Source: Octopus vulgaris
Taxonomy: Eukaryota
DNA length: 64,000 nucleotides
Direction of reading: 5' to 3'
Assembly (NCBI GenBank): GCA_951406725.2
Contig: OX597814.1
Span: forward strand, 182,342,001 to 182,406,000
Below the pieces are notes generated by a model that was not told where the DNA came from, did no database searches, and was given only the letters and a program-made list of their open reading frames with translations. This document shows, piece after piece, positions 36,676 through 50,667 of this stretch. The position numbers were made by a program, and so were the translations under genes. The first letter of the stretch is position 1; every line of letters begins with the position of its first letter.

Positions 36676-37156
36676 GTACGTGTAACATTTTTGCCTCTTT
36701 TGCATGTTATTTTCCTTTGCCTTCCGTTTCCATCTCGTCGATATTTCATTTCTTCTCTTTATTTATTAATCATTTATTTATTCAGTGAGTGAAAGCTTGA
36801 ATGCAATTAGAAGTTTGTATTCTGTATTGTATTTATGAAAAGGTTTTTCATTTTTTTTTTCACATCAAATGTACTAAACTTCAATACAAAGCGTTCAATA
36901 GAAGTAACACGGTCAAGTAATTGTATTGCAAAACATGTTGCTTTTTATTTCTAGCAAGCTAAATCTCGCTAGCTTTAATGAAATTTACTAGTGAAACACA
37001 TACATAAACACACACACACACACACACACACAACACACATACACACGTTATCTTTTGAACTTTTGCTACCGACATTGCTCCTTAGTACTATACTTGTAAC
37101 CATTTCCAATTATTAGTCGTACGTTTAATTTATTTTAGTAGACATATTTCGAGCAA

Positions 37157-37217
<61 letters not shown>

Positions 37218-38499
37218 GCTGTTGTTGTTGTTGTTGTTATTAAATATCTGCTGTTATTCGGTACGCAGATAATATGTTAGTGACAGAAAACTGTTTGAGG
37301 GATTGAGTTTCTACCCAACTTAGTAGTTTTCTTATCTACTGGAACTTTTTTTAAATGGCTGTTGGGAATAAATTGAGATCACACTTCAGATTTTAGACTT
37401 TAACTGGTTAAATAAAACAATTTTAATAAATGAGGGCTTTGAGTTCGTAGAAGCAAAAAATAAAATAGAATAAATAAATATTTAACAACTAGATGTCGTA
37501 ATTTATTTTTTAAAAAGTCTAATTTAATTAGCAGATACCAGTTTGTCGATAAATTAAGCAATAAAACCTATTTATTTTTAAACAAAATAGAAGTTTGTAA
37601 GTATTTTAAATCTAATTATGTTTATATAAACAATTTGATAAGTTTCCAACCTGAGACTGCTCTTGGTTCTATGATACAAACTTCCTATTTTAAAGTAATC
37701 TAAATTAAAACCTGCCATCAAAATTTCATGTTTATCTATGTTCCAAACCAGCTTAATGTTATTAAGTTATTATACTAAATTCTTCAATATTTTCATAATT
37801 AATTTAAACAAAACTAGTGCTTTTCAACATAAATATGGTAACAAAAGGGTTAAAAAACAATGATATTACAAATGTCTTAAACATTTACAAAATAAGCAAG
37901 TTTATAATCTAATATTCGTAACTTAAGGTCCGAAACCTTTATACTTTCATTGATAAATCTATAAGCCCTAGATCTTTTAAATATTTAGATAACTTGATAA
38001 CTTTTTATATATTTAATTTTAATGAAAGATATTTAAACTTAACATTAAAGGATACGATTTACTTTATGAGCTAACGAAGAAGCTTCGACTTCGTCACTTG
38101 ACCTAAAAGCAATCTTCCGAAAATCACGCCTATAAAATTTCCTTCGGTCAGGGCTGACCTAAAGCTAAACAACGGTGGTTTAACGATTTATTCTATCAAA
38201 AGAGCTACCAGCCATGATCTAAGAAAATATGGGGAAGAGTACTGCGAATGGTGCCAGGAGGAAAATACTTAAAGATACACTTTCTCTTACATGGTGGGGC
38301 TTTTGTCAGCTTTGGAACGTTTGAATAATGACTTGCATATTTTGATTGATTAATTTCTGAAATGAAATAATAATGTCAGTATAGATAGAGGGTTAAATTT
38401 TGCTTCAGATGCCGTTTTCCATTTCTTATATGGTTTGAGAAAATTCAGTTTTAAAATAATATGTTTTTACATAAATTAATCTCAATGCACTCAGTGGAT

Positions 38500-39068
38500 G
38501 TGGAGGCGCAATGGCCCAGTGGTTAGAGCAGCGGACTCGCAGTCGGAGGATCGCGGTTTCGATTCCCAGACCGGGTGTTGTGTGTGTTTATTGAGCGAAA
38601 ACACCTAAAAGCTCCACGAATCTCAGGCAGGGGTTGGCGGCGACTCTTTTGTACTCTTTCGCCACAACTTTCTCTCACTCTTTCTTCTTGTTTCTTGAGT
38701 AACAACCGGGCCCATGAGCCAGGCTAGGTGTGAAAAGGGCGACGTTTATCGTACTCAGTGGATGGAAGGCGCGTGACTTAGTGGTTAGGATATTCAGCTC
38801 ACGATCGCAAGGTCGTGAGTTCAATTCCCGGCGACGCATTGTGTCCTTGAGCAAAACACTTTATTTCACGTTGCTCCAGTCCACTCAGCTGTCAAAAAAA
38901 ATGAGTAGTACCTTTATTTCAAAGGGCCAGTCTTGTCGCGCTGAATCTTCCTGATAACAACGTTAAGGGTACATGTATCTATCGAGTGCTCAGTCACATG
39001 CACGTTAATTTCACGAGCAGGCTGTTCCGTTGATCGGATCAACTGGAACCCTCGTCGTTGTGACCGAA
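38500..39068 (+). mobile_element. tRNA-Arg SINE (about 38500-38745) inserted just 5' of a second, CORE-like tRNA SINE (about 38764-39068)
   Basis: TSD ACTCAGTGGATG; the second SINE has A/B boxes and TGTGTCCTTGAGCAAAACACTT. Confidence 0.8.
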
Positions 39069-39579
39069 GGATGGCCACTCGGTTGATGATGACTTTAAAA
39101 TAATGTAAAGTGATATTCTCAGTCTGTTTGACTTCTTGGCGCAATCTGGACCAAATAAAATTTTACTGGTGCACTTAACAACAGTTTTTTTAAAAAAACT
39201 GTTTTAAAGCTTTAAAATTTTGGAAAAAAATATATAGAAAACTATTGCTTACTTTGTTTTATAAATATATTTGGGTTTAACAGTATTATGAATAACGCTT
39301 ATTTCGTGAAACGGTCAAGCAAATAATAGGGTCTGAAAACCGCTGAGTTAAAGACACAATAAAAAGAAAAAAGAAAATCCCTCGGCAAGTGTTAAGGAAA
39401 TGTCTTGGCAAACATAAGGAATTGAGCCATTAGTCCATTAGAAGACTCTTTATGTTTAAAAATCGCTCTGCTTCTTCTTCAAATAATCTTCAAATATAAA
39501 CTGCATAATTAATGGCATAAAAATAATTAGAAACAAATCATTTACGTTGGACCTGTACACTTCCGAACTGGCAAAGATT

Positions 39580-39988
39580 GTGGCCATGCACGGACATCGC
39601 CTTGAAGAATTTTAGCCGAACGAATCGACCCCAGTACTTATTTTTTTAAAGCTGCGTATTTATTCTATTGGTCTCTTTTGCTGAGCCGTTAAGTTATGGG
39701 GACGTAAACGCACCAACACTGATTGTCAAACGGCGGTGGAGGACAGAGACACAAAGATACGCACTCACACTCACACACACCACACACACACACACCACAC
39801 ACACACACACATACACACATACATACACATATATACGACGGACTTCTTTCAGTTTCTATCTACCACATCTACTCGCAGGACTTTGGTCGGCCCAAGGCTA
39901 CAGTAGAAGCCTCTTGCCCAAGGTACCACGTAGTGGTACTGAACCCGAAACCATGTGATTGGGAAGCAAACTTCTGATCACAAAGTCA
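39580..39988 (-). mobile_element. Older composite microsatellite-containing SINE
   Basis: Diverged homology to 13078-13510. Confidence 0.75.
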
Positions 39989-40916
39989 CGTCAGTCCACT
40001 CCATCCGAGTCAACGATAGATCCTCTAATCGACGGTACACTGGACTATGTAATTTTAGATACACTGAGTCCAAATAAAAGCTAGGATTATCACAGCTGGA
40101 ACTGTTTTATAATAGGTGTGATCGATCAGACCCGACTTGGAAGCAAACAGCACCAGAGGTTTTTCTCTCCTTACACCGTTATTTTAGATGGACTATCTCT
40201 TACTTTTCTGATAAATATCATTTCAAATCGGATATCAAACAAAAAGCCCCAAAATGGCGCATAAAAGTATTATCTATTAATAAATGTGAATGCTAAGTTT
40301 TTAATTATCTCACTTTAGCGAATTTCTTTCTGTTTGTATAAACAATAATGCTTTGCATAAAACACAAGTTTTTCTTCGTCATTAAAAAGTTTGATAACTT
40401 GCTTCCAATGCATTTTGGAATCCTCGATGTTTTTGTCTAATCAGGTCCTTACACACTTTACTCACATGCAAAGAATTTCAGTCAACAAGTACTTGTGTTT
40501 GTGTGAGATAAAATAAATCACGCATTCTTGGGCAACATTACATCATACTATACTATACCAGATAGCAGCATTTCTTTTAAATTAGTCCATGGGAAGATGA
40601 TAAAGTTTTGGTAACTCTGGTGCATCTGTCTTCGGCGTCTACCAAAATGAAAGCTGATAACCTGTTTATTCCGCATACAGATGAAATAAGAAATATAATT
40701 AAACATGAAACGTCTGTATTTTCAACTTGACTATTTTGAAATCTATAAATCCGAGGCCATCTACCGAATCTGATATTTACAACTAAGAATAGTTTATCAA
40801 ATTATTTCTCGACTCTTCCGACGTCTAAAACTCGCTGTTACTGTATAAGGACGAAAAGGTAGATAGGTAGACAGATATATAGTGAGTGATATAGCGAAAT
40901 ATATATATATATATAT

Positions 40917-40978
<62 letters not shown>

Positions 40979-41492
40979 ATATGTATGTATGTATCTATGT
41001 ATGTATGTATGTATGTATGTATGCATGCACGCATGCATGTATGTATATATATATATATATATATTTGTATGCATATGTTTATGTGTGTGTATATATATAT
41101 ATATACACACACATACATAGTATATATGATATATGTAATGTGTAAGTGTGTGTGTGTGTGTGTGTGCGTGTGTATGTGTGTGTGTACATGCGTGCATGTG
41201 TGTATTTCTCTTTAGCCTCAGTTCAACTTTAATCGGGCGGATCTTTCATCAAATTCAGTTTTAACCATTGTATACACCAGAGTATATTATCCAATGTGTC
41301 CTTTTTTTAAATGACCGGCTGTGGTTTCAGAGAATCTTGGCTGTAATTTCTAGCAGGTGGAACGAAAGACCATTGGACGCACCCTTATTGCGTGTGTGTG
41401 TGCGCGCGCGTGTTTTGTGAACGGTTGGTAATATTTTATGTCCCAAGCAAGAATATCACTTTCGAAGATAGGGTCAGGGGTTATATTGTAGA

Positions 41493-41693
41493 AGGCGGTG
41501 TGCTGGCAGAAACGTTAGCGCGCCGGGCGAAATGCTTAGCAGTATTTCGTCTGCCGCTACGTTCTGAGTTCAAACTCCGCCGAGGTCAACTTTGCCTTTC
41601 ATCCTTTCGGGGTCGATATAATCGACTTAATCCGTTTGTTTGTCCTTGTTTCTCCTCTCTGTTTTTAGCCCCTTGTGGGTAGTAAAGAAATAG
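41493..41693 (+). mobile_element. Nin-domain SINE (internal deletion)
   Basis: TSD TATATTGTAGAA. Confidence 0.85.
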
Positions 41694-41759
41694 GTATATT
41701 GTAGAATAAGGGTGAGAGACTAAAATGAACTTCAGGCTAAAATTAAAGCAAAGGAGCAA

Positions 41760-42300
41760 AAATATAGGCATCTCGTCTCAAAACTTCCGATGGAAACGTT
41801 CTCATTGCTCAAAGTAAGAGTGGAGACAGTACAGCTTTATGCTCATATTTGCTCCCAACTTTTGAAAGTGCTCAAGCATGTTGTAAACTATTTCGGCGTG
41901 GTTGGATGCTTTCTTGCTGCCCAGAAAATCATTTACAGCCGTTACAAAGAAATTTCATGCTGCTGTTTCAATGCAAATTCGTTGAATTTACAAAATTCCC
42001 TTCTTTCATCATTTTTCTCATTTGAGGCCCATTCCTTCTTTTATCTTTTCACTGTTCAGGCTGGGAATGTGCAGCAGATATAGTGAAAGGATGATCCATC
42101 TTTATCCATATTGCTAACAAACTGCTTCATAATGCCAAGTTTGATATGGAGTGGAGGTAAGATGAGTTCTCCCAAGTGAACTAAAGGCTCTTCACCCACA
42201 TTAAAAAAGAAACTGGAACTAATGTTCGCTGCGGTCATTCTTTGATCACCCATTGTTTTTCCCTGGCTCTGCTGTCCCATATACATCAAAAGCATGAATA
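41760..42300 (-). mobile_element. Decayed DNA transposase, Chapaev3/Transib-related
   Basis: LILPPLHIKLGIMKQFV..MDKDG..F.YI...FP and FLGSKKASNHAEIVYNMLEHFQKLGANMSIKLYCLHS..EQ*ERFH; superfamily assigned from recalled motifs. Confidence 0.7.
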
Positions 42301-42639
42301 TTTACTTATCCGCTTTGATGTCCTACGAGAAAATTGACCATCTTAAAGTTCCACGCATATTACCCACTGATGACGGTGGTGGGGAGGTTCATAAAAAATC
42401 TAGACGTGATGGTAAAAAATGGATTTCATTTTTGGATTCAACATATGAAAAAATCTTCAAATTTGGTAAAAACGTCCAGACAACAAAATGCCTGTTGAGC
42501 TGTGTTATATTATGTAACTCACTTTTTGTGCACATTTTCTTTTCTTTTGTGCACTGTTCGCAAAAGCGTTTGTATGTGCACACATGCATCGTTTAAAGGT
42601 GTTATTTTTCGCATTTACATCTGTCCAATTTTGTTGCCC

Positions 42640-42960
42640 ACAATTACCGGGGAGGTCGTGGTTGTAGAGTCCCCAGGTACCTCCCCCATAGTGTCCTATT
42701 AGAAATGAAGCATCATTAAACTTTCTTGCTAGATTCTCAAGCATGACCAACTAAAGTTACCGATATTATCCAACCATCTCTCTCGTGGTCTATTTTAAGT
42801 CTGCTGTCGGTCGGCTCGGCTTCAAGAATCTGTCTTGTGATCCTTTCCCGTGGCATTCTAATCACATGTCCGTAGTACCAGAACTGTGACCGCTCAATGC
42901 GAAATAAATAGCGTAGTGACCCGGAGAGGCTTCTTGATCTCCGAGTTACGCACCATGTCG
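42640..42960 (-). mobile_element. Old RTE-like LINE C-terminal fragment
   Basis: Minus translation VRNSEI...WYYGHVIRMPRERITRQILEA...RPRERWLDNI with frameshifts. Confidence 0.65.
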
Positions 42961-43870
42961 CATTTATATATTTTCAAAAAACAAAATATCTCATATTCAT
43001 AGAATGCGATTATATATACATATTACCGGTTCTTTCTTTACAAGCTAACGGGGGAGATTCTATACGATTCTTGACTTGCTAGAAATAGCAATTCAAATAT
43101 CTTTAAAATCACACCACACCGTCTTAAAACTGATACAGAATGTTAAGGAAAAAACAGTAGTCACTACTTAGATATCTTTCGACATTCGCTTGCTGCATTA
43201 AGATTGGTGATGGATTAAAATAACAGCTGGGCCCAAACTATTGTTATGAGTACACACTGGATAATATATTCTCATATACGGGATGGCCATAACTGGAACG
43301 CCTTTCATCATCGTTTTGCTCAATCAAGACTGACTTGAGGCTAAACAGCAATATTTTCTTAGCCATTGGCTTTTGTATTGTCTTTGTATTTTTTCAAATA
43401 TGAAAATGATTTTTAAAAACTAATATTACTATTAACGATTGATTAATGAATGAAGGGAAAAAATTAAATTAAATTAAAGCATATATGTTTTTAGTACAAT
43501 TTAATTAATTGTTTTAAAACGATTCTTGGTATTTCATTAGTACATTCTTTGATCTTCATATTTTTCATTATGGAGGGATTCGTTAGGTTTCGATGTGTTC
43601 ATTAGCAAATGTTGACATTAGCTAATTTCGTGGTTACCAAGATAACTGAAATTACGAGTAGAAGATTAATAAATATCTGTGTTCATTCTTCTTAAAATTT
43701 CTTACTGTCTTTAAGTTCATCTCACGTCACTGCTTTCAAAACTTCTAAACACGCATATATATGCTTTCACAGAACTTACGTTCATACACACACACACACA
43801 CACACAAACATACATACATACATACATACATACATACATACATACATACATACATACATACATACATACA

Positions 43871-43901
<31 letters not shown>

Positions 43902-43935
43902 CTGCCGCATAAGTACGTAAATATATATATATATA

Positions 43936-44376
43936 GGATCTTTTCGGTTTGAGCGGCAGTTTTTTCTAGCGGTGTCATATGAAATTGTCACCCATAATTA
44001 TGATCCTAATATCGATCTATTGCATTTCAATCTGTTTTAGGGTTAGGGTTAGTTAGAGTTAGGGTCAGGGGTGGGGGGAAGGGTATCTTTTTTTCTTCAC
44101 AAATGTAAATAAACCCAATCTGTTTCTTAAAAGAGGGACATATTCATACGGCGCAAAATGTTTTTTTTTTTTACCTCAATAGACGTCATTGATTGGTTGA
44201 AATTGCAGAAATTGAAGAAAAAAATACAACAAATATCTTACAAACTATAAAATTTTCTCAATAAAGCCAAGAGAAAAAGATGTTTTATAAACACATTCTA
44301 CCAGTATACGAAGTTTAAAAGTGTTTAGTTACGTGGAAATTATTTTTAAAAACTGCCGTTCAAACCGAAAAGATCC
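43936..44376. mobile_element. Complete MITE with GGATC termini and internal (TTAGGG)n
   Basis: TIRs GGATCTTTTCGGTTTGAGCGGCAGTTTT / AAAACTGCCGTTCAAACCGAAAAGATCC, flanked by (TA)n. Confidence 0.9.
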
Positions 44377-45054
44377 TATATATATATATATACAAGTGCA
44401 CGTACGAACTTAAAACAGGATCGACTTTAGAGATGTTAGTGTCTCAAGTTATCTAACTGAATCACCCACTTACGTCAATACAATCGGAAATTTACATAAA
44501 ATGTGCCGCGTATATATCACAGCAGTAGTTTTTCCGGTTGGCACACAAATGCTATTATCCTCACACTTCTCATGCCATTTTTTACCCAACAATGCACGAG
44601 ATCGTTACTTACGCAAAAACAGTTTCACCTGGAAAAATGTCTGTTCCTATTACCAATTTTAAAGGGGCGGCAAACGGAAGGGCCGCCCTGAGTGGCACGC
44701 ACTTTCGTTACGCTAGTGATTGGTCTAAGCGACTTTCAAATCATTCTCTCCTCCAGGACGCTTAAAATATTGAAGGACGTAAAAGTTGTTAGCAAATCAG
44801 TCGGCTAATTTTTATCAAGAGACTGCATACAGGGAAATGTCTAGTGTAGCACCTGAGCAGGTAAAGAGGAAAGAGAAGAGAATTTCACGCTTTAATCCTG
44901 CGGGAGACCCCATCCCTGGTTCAATTTCCTCTTTCAAAGAGATTCAAATTAAAACTTCACATTAAAATTTCATGTTATTTTATGTTCCGAACACCAGGTT
45001 AATAAGAACAGATGTTACTTTATTAAAATTTTTTTTATTTTAAGAATACAATTT

Positions 45055-45308
45055 CAGCGTGGAAGGTGTTTATAAGCCATTTAAGAAACACACAAAAATG
45101 GTTAGATTCACTTCAACATTTAAATTTAATTTGTTAAAATATTTTCGTCGCTTTGAGACCGCGACCTGTTCACTAAATGTTGAAGTGAATCGAACGGTTT
45201 TTGTGTGTTTCTTAATTGGCTTATAAACACCTTCCACGCTGCAATTGTTTTCGTCCCAGCACACGATCTCAGATCAGGTCACTTGCTATGCAAGTACATC
45301 TCCGTAAT
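45055..45308. mobile_element. Foldback element with a G3:C8 hammerhead-like motif in the spacer
   Basis: Arms 45055-45122 and 45174-45241; HHR-like motif at 45134-45176 (-); flanking direct repeat ATTTTAAGAATA. Confidence 0.7.
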
Positions 45309-46273
45309 ATTTTAAGAATAAATTGAAATAAAGGCAAGGTATTTCAACAGAAATATAGTTCCAAAAAGGTTAATGTTACGAGCAGTGCGTAGAGTACAAA
45401 AGTGTAGTCGCAAGTAATAAATGTCTTGCAGGCTGGAGAAATGAGTGCCAACTTTTTTTTTTTTTTTTTCCGTCGAACAGTTTTTTCTCTAAAAAAATTT
45501 GCGTTCCTGAACTGCTATGTTAGCAACACGTTTCTCTATAGGGACCGTTCTACATCGAGATGTTAACTGCATCTGTTTCAAACAATTATGCTATTATTTT
45601 TGTCTTTGCAGATTCCAAATATACATCAGGGTTCCATGGGGAAATTACCCGAGTAACTAACACTCTAGGCCGAACCTGTGAAAATACGTACAGACACGTA
45701 GGTACACACACGCACGCGCTCACTTGTAACATAATTTGTTTTTTGGCTGAATTTGCAGCGTCGTTTTAAGAACTACGCTTAGCAAAAAAAAAAAATGAAA
45801 AAATGTAGCATAAAAAGCTGTTTTCTTTCGCTATTTTTCACCATACCTACCGCTGTAACTGTACCTCGTGGACTACTTTCAGTCACACGTGAATATTACG
45901 AAGAGAGCGCTTTAAAAAAGCCTATGCAAGATTTTATCTTCTGTTGGAAGCACTGCTTTCTAGTGTTAACGCCTCAATAGCACACACGCTTTGGTAAGTC
46001 GGTTCGTCTCAAAAGTGGGAGTTATTCTAAAAGAAAAAACAAAGAAGAAAATGTAAGAAGAGAAAGATCATTCCAGAGTTTATGATAGAAATATGTTTAA
46101 TGGAGTTGGCATCTCAGACTAATCAATTTAAAATGTCTGGTCATAATACTGACTTTATGTGTTACTTGTATATTACGTTTTTCCTACCTGAAGCAACACT
46201 AAACTTTGCAAAGAGCGATTATAGACAATAAAGTCTAAACCTTCAAATATTATCTGGTCGTATTTTATGGTAG

Positions 46274-46576
46274 TGTGGAGGCACATGGTCAAGTGGTTAG
46301 AGCAGCGGACTCGCGGTCGAGGGATCGCGGGTTCGAATCTCAGACCGGGCGATGTGTGTGTTTATGAGCGAAAAGCCTAGGCTCCACGCGGCTCCGGCAG
46401 AAAGTAATGGCGAACTTCTGCTGAGTCTTTCGCCACAACTTTCTCTCTCTCTTTCCTCTTGCAGCTCACCTGCAACGGACTGGCGTCCCGTCCAGGTGGG
46501 GAACCTATACGCCAAATAAACCGAGAAACCGGCCCTTAAGAGCCAGGCGTGGCTCGAGAAGGAACAAACAAACAAG
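46274..46576 (+). mobile_element. tRNA-Arg-derived SINE (OR1-like family)
   Basis: A/B boxes, AAAC tail, TSD ATTTTATGGTA. Confidence 0.88.
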
Positions 46577-46752
46577 CATTTTATGGTAAGAGGAAAAGCA
46601 ACATCAACACCGGTGGGGTTTGAATTCAGTATATTCCAGTTCCTTGACTAAAACCTCGAAGGAAATTTGGCCCTCCGCTGAATAGGGATAAATTGACAGA
46701 AGGGTTGAAGCCCTAGACGGGATGCTTACAATATTTGTTCCGACAATATTTG

Positions 46753-46792
<40 letters not shown>

Positions 46793-47011
46793 CAAAATGG
46801 GACAAGAATGCAAAGCATCCATACAGTGAGGTGATACAAGAAAGGAACAGCAAAACATCCAGATAGACGATACAAAGCAAGGACGGATCATATATATATA
46901 TATATATGTAGTTAATCCAAACATGAAAACACAAAGAGAAAACACAACAACGCGAGGACGTGGAACAAGTATAGTATTATTGGACGCTCAGGAAAGAAGG
47001 AAAGAAGGAGG

Positions 47012-47046
47012 GTTTAACGTTTCGAGTGGAGCTCTTCGTCAGAAAC
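47012..47046 (-). ncRNA. Minimal type I hammerhead ribozyme, canonical core, in a short repeat (about 46908-47100)
   Basis: gttt-CTGACGA-A-GAG-ctcca-CTC-GAAAC-GT-T-aaac; palindromic ACGT stem III, GUU triplet. Confidence 0.72.
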
Positions 47047-48059
47047 ATAGGAAAAGGAAAGATCCAAAGAAGGGAAGACGGAGGAAAAAAAAATCGCCAT
47101 GGCTGATAGTTAAGGAGTTCGCACTTTGCAATCATGAGGTCCTGGGTTCGATCCTACAGTTTGAGCAATTGTCGTTTGCCATAATCTCAGGTGTTGATTC
47201 AGGCTTTGTGAGAAAAGACTTGTTAGGCGGAAACTGCTTGGAAGCCTATCATATAAAATGACTTGTTCGAACGCTCCACCTTGTTACACTTTGTATCGCA
47301 CTGATTGTACCATCGTTGAAATCGACTGTGATACACATGTGCACGCGTACGCTGGTGTGTATGTAGTAGTGGTGGTGGCAGTAGTAGTAGTAGTTGTTGT
47401 TGTTATTGTTCTTGTAAGGTAAGAAGAACGCGTGAGGATACGATGTCAGTAAGCAAGTTACAATTGAAGAATAATGAAACACTCTGAAGTCTGGATAGAA
47501 ATGAAATATTGCTCCAGTCAAGCCTTCTGGCTAATCTAATTTGAGATTGTTTTTTCCAGTCGTAGAATATCAGTTTTATTTTATTTATTTATTTATTTAT
47601 TTTGTGCTTTTTGTTTTTCTCAGATTCTGCTGTTTTACTAAATTTGCAATTACTTCATACTTAATAAATTGTTAATTATATTTCTTATTGGAATTGCGGT
47701 TTTTTTGTTTGTTTTTTTTTTGTTTTTTTGGGGTTTTTTTTTTACTTTACTCGCTAACCCTTTCAAATCTGTATTATTTCATTATTCGCAAAATATTTTA
47801 AAAACATTAAATAAAAGTAACATGGCTGAATCGTAAGCGGGTCCGATAAAATGTATAGTGGCATTTCGTCCGTCTTTACGTTCAAATTTCGTTGAGGTCG
47901 TCATTGCCTTTCAGCCTTCGGGGTTGGGGGGGTCGATGAAATAATTACCAGTTGACTACTGGAGTCGATGAAATCGACTAGCCTCCCCGCCCCCCAAAAA
48001 AAACAATCCACCCACCCAAATTTCAAGTCTTGTGCCTATAGCAGAAAAAAATTATTACT

Positions 48060-48490
48060 AGGGTGGCGTGATGAAACAAAATGCTTAGCGGCATTTCTTC
48101 TGAGTACAGCGAGTACGGCGAGCTGCCAGAATCGTTAGCACGCCGGGCGAACTACCTAGTGGTATTTCGTCTGCCGTTACGTTCTGAGTTCAAATTCCGC
48201 CTAGGTCGACTTTGCCTTTCATCCTTTCGGGGATCGATAAATAAAGTACCAGTTACGCACTGGAGTCGATGTAATCGACTTAATACCTTTGTCTGTCCTT
48301 GTTTGTCCCCTCTATGTTTAGCCCCTTGTGGGTAATAAAGAAATAGGTATTTCTTCTGAGTACAAATTCCGTCGTCAATTTTGCCTTTCGGGGGCCGAAA
48401 AAAATAAGTACCAGTTGAGCTGTGGGTTGATATTATCGCCTAAATACCTCATCCAAAATTTCAAGTCTTGTGTCTAAAGTAGAAAGAATT
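48060..48490 (+). mobile_element. Young Nin-SINE (about 48117-48346) nested in an older Nin-SINE
   Basis: The older copy breaks at GGCATTTC and resumes after the young copy; TSD ATTTCTTCTGAGTACA. Confidence 0.85.
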
Positions 48491-49125
48491 CTTCGCAAAA
48501 AAGATCATTTTTTTCAAGCGATGTTTAACGGCCATGGTAAGTAATACATTGCTCAAACCTGCGATGTTTCGGTGATTTTTATCACCACAACACCAAAAGT
48601 AATTACTTTATCAACGAGCCGATCTAGCACAGATCGTTATTAATGTAACACGTTAGGTGAGAAACAGTACTTTTTCTTTTGTTACACAAGTACATTACGT
48701 GGTTTAAAGCAAAACAGTACAAAGTTAAGTGAATTATAACAATTGTAACACGATACGTCTGTCATGGCAACTTTACTTTTAGGAGGAACGTGATATGAAA
48801 AAACCAGTTTCGCAAAATGTTTGTAAATGTATTTATGTACTCTTTTATTTATTTCTATTTATACATTTATTTATTTAGATATCTTATTATCCTTATTATT
48901 CATACCCCATATCTCACCCTTCTTCTTTCTTTTTTTTTTTTAAGTGGATAGTTGTGATACCTGCTACTTATATTATAAAAATACCGAACAACTGAAAGCT
49001 GTTCTTAACATATGTACCCAGCTTAACACATATTAACACGAAAATGCATATTCATATGCAAATATATCATATTGTACATAGAACATCAACACTTTTACAT
49101 TTGCACTTATAATAATTTATGATAA

Positions 49126-49353
49126 GGCAGCGAGCTGGCAGAATCGTTAGCACGCCGGGCGAAATGCTTAGTATTTCGTCAGCCGCTACGTTCTGAGTTC
49201 AAATTCAGCCGAAGTCGACTTTGCCTTTCATCCTTTCGGAGGTCGATTAAATAAGTACCAGTTAAGCACTGGAGTCGATATAATCGACTTAATCCGTTTG
49301 TCTGTCCTTGTTTGTCCCCTCTGTGTTTAGCCCCTTGGGGATAGTAAAGAAAT
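49126..49353 (+). mobile_element. Nin-domain SINE
   Basis: TSD TTATAATAATTTATGA. Confidence 0.9.
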
Positions 49354-49771
49354 TTTATAATAATTTATGAACATGGTTTATTAATAAATGTTAAAGTAAT
49401 AGTCCAAAACAAAGCTGAAGTTTTCAACCAAAGTCTTCATCTTCATTTCACTCGTTTTGTGCAAATCAAATAAGTTGACAGAACAACGAAAACATCCAAT
49501 GCTATTCTAAAATTCAATGTACTACTCTCCACTGTTATTATTTAAATTCCACTGATGGAACTTTGTTTCTCATTTAAAAATAAAATCTTTGTTTAAAGGG
49601 AGATTTCGAATAATATATATATTTTGTTGTCTATGTGGAAAAATTTGTAAATCCTTGCTGGACTAAAGAGTCCTTTCCGGTCTCATGACACGCAGACTAT
49701 CTCTAACCATTTTCTACTAATTTTAAACTGTAAATATTCAGTTCCGTACTACCTGCGAGTAGGTGTGTTAG

Positions 49772-49828
<57 letters not shown>

Positions 49829-49831
<3 letters not shown>

Positions 49832-49990
49832 TAGGAGTGGCTGTGTGGTAAGTAGCTTGCTTACCAACCGCATGGTTCTGCGTTCAGTCCCACTGCGTGA
49901 CACCAAGGGGCAAGTGTCTTCTACTATACCCTCGGGCTGACCAAAGCCTTGTGAGTGGATTTGGTACACGGAAACTGAAAAAAGCTCGTC

Positions 49991-49992
<2 letters not shown>
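49829..49992 (+). mobile_element. Head half of the composite SINE, between (TA)n tracts
   Basis: Homologous to 13078-13230; the tail half is absent. Confidence 0.85.
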
Positions 49993-50050
<58 letters not shown>

Positions 50051-50667
50051 CGAAGTGTACAATATTATATATCCATTACGGCCGATCTTATCAATCGGTT
50101 TCTCACTAGGGACTCATCGGAGTGTTAGGTAACAATCCGATTATGTAACCTTGTGCTCATCAGAGGTAGCCGATATGAAATGATACGCATACACACACAC
50201 ACATATATATACATGCATATATGCATGTATGTATTTATGCATACATACACACATACAAGTAAGAAGGCGAGAAAAGTTTACTAGTTGCAATTGTCGTTTC
50301 GATATCACTCCGTTTTTAACGCCATTCATTTAAATGATTTCATGTGAAAGGTTACGTGGTATTTGCTGTTGATTACATTGTCGTGGCACTTCATCAGACT
50401 TGCGTCAAAATGTGGCATAAGCAATGATGTTATACCGAAACAGCCGTAACTACTCATAAAAATATAGTAAATTCTTTTTTCGTCTTCTTATTTTGATTAT
50501 ATTACTTCTCGTAAGACTTACACACTGATTCTACCGGTGATGTTCCTAGATTTTCTACACTAGTGGAATTTCAATCTTCCTAGAGACTCCAACAGAAGGG
50601 TGCAGGTAGCCAAGAGTTCGGATTGACTGCTGCACTGGAAATACTCTGAATTTCTATCCTATTAGAC

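Noticed and set aside
50080-50450. Several partial hammerhead cores (CCGATGA, CTGATGA, CCGAAACAGCCGT)
   Set aside because: Each lacks stem I pairing, the UH site or the partner core half; too decayed to call.
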